Source: Caulobacteraceae bacterium (GTDB taxonomy: Bacteria; Pseudomonadota; Alphaproteobacteria; Caulobacterales; Caulobacteraceae). Taken from it: a stretch of 44,604 nt of DNA. Location: the NCBI GenBank assembly GCA_019232665.1, contig JAFANN010000320.1:1-44604 (forward strand), given 5' to 3'. A model generated the notes under the pieces. That model did not search any database. It saw only the letters and a list, made by a program, of their open reading frames with translations, and had not been told where the DNA came from. Shown here piece after piece: positions 44,475 through 44,604 of the stretch. Each line of letters begins with the position of its first letter. Within the stretch, counting starts at the first letter, position 1. The position numbers and the translations under genes were made by a program.

Positions 44475-44604
44475 ATGCAAAAAGCAGAGCGGCGCGCGCT
44501 GATCACTGCGTTCAAGGAACGCAAAGTGGCGTGGGGCGTGTTCGTCGTCCGATGCGCCGCGACGGGCGAAGCCTGGGTCGGTGACAGCCGGCATGTGGAC
44601 ACCC
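44475..44604 (+). CDS. GIY-YIG-like small protein (3'-truncated by window edge)
   Basis: AAGGAG RBS; MQKAERRALITAFKERKVAWGVFVVRCAATGEAWVGDSRHVDT, with a degenerate GVF-x10-WVG hairpin. Absent from the ORF track. Confidence 0.65.
   Translation, partial: MQKAERRALITAFKERKVAWGVFVVRCAATGEAWVGDSRHVDT

Overview
GC-rich alphaproteobacterial chromosome segment, most likely Caulobacteraceae (RpoA starts [15 protein letters not shown]; short-LID Adk; alpha operon without rpsD). It holds a 5'-truncated rpoB and complete rpoC, then about 10 kb of accessory genes where the str operon (rpsL-rpsG-fusA-tuf) often lies: an RCK-type K+ channel, a phosphoesterase plus histidine phosphatase pair, a discoidin-domain glycoside-hydrolase-like protein, a haloalkane dehalogenase, a lipoprotein plus GH84, DUF3617 and a Pro-rich protein. 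The full S10-spc-secY-adk-alpha cluster (rpsJ to rplQ) follows. A second accessory region contains two VOC genes-ArsR-SRPBCC-TetA-like MFS, a DegP/DegQ protease, DUF6010/GlxA-type AraC, DUF4142, an atypical Gre-like factor, an APH(3')-like kinase flanked by two pseudogene remnants missed by the ORF track (GST and SDR), TMEM175, an esterase, a Tat-exported GH63-like enzyme, DUF2239 and a truncated GIY-YIG-like gene. The most interesting signals are non-coding: a long structured rpsJ leader with a terminator-like hairpin and a boxA-like element (candidate NusB/NusE feedback on the S10 operon), a long hairpin in the rpsM leader, and a perfect palindrome inside an apparently leaderless DUF2239 promoter. 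No rRNA, tRNA, CRISPR array or transposase was seen. All family calls come from motif recognition, not database searches.
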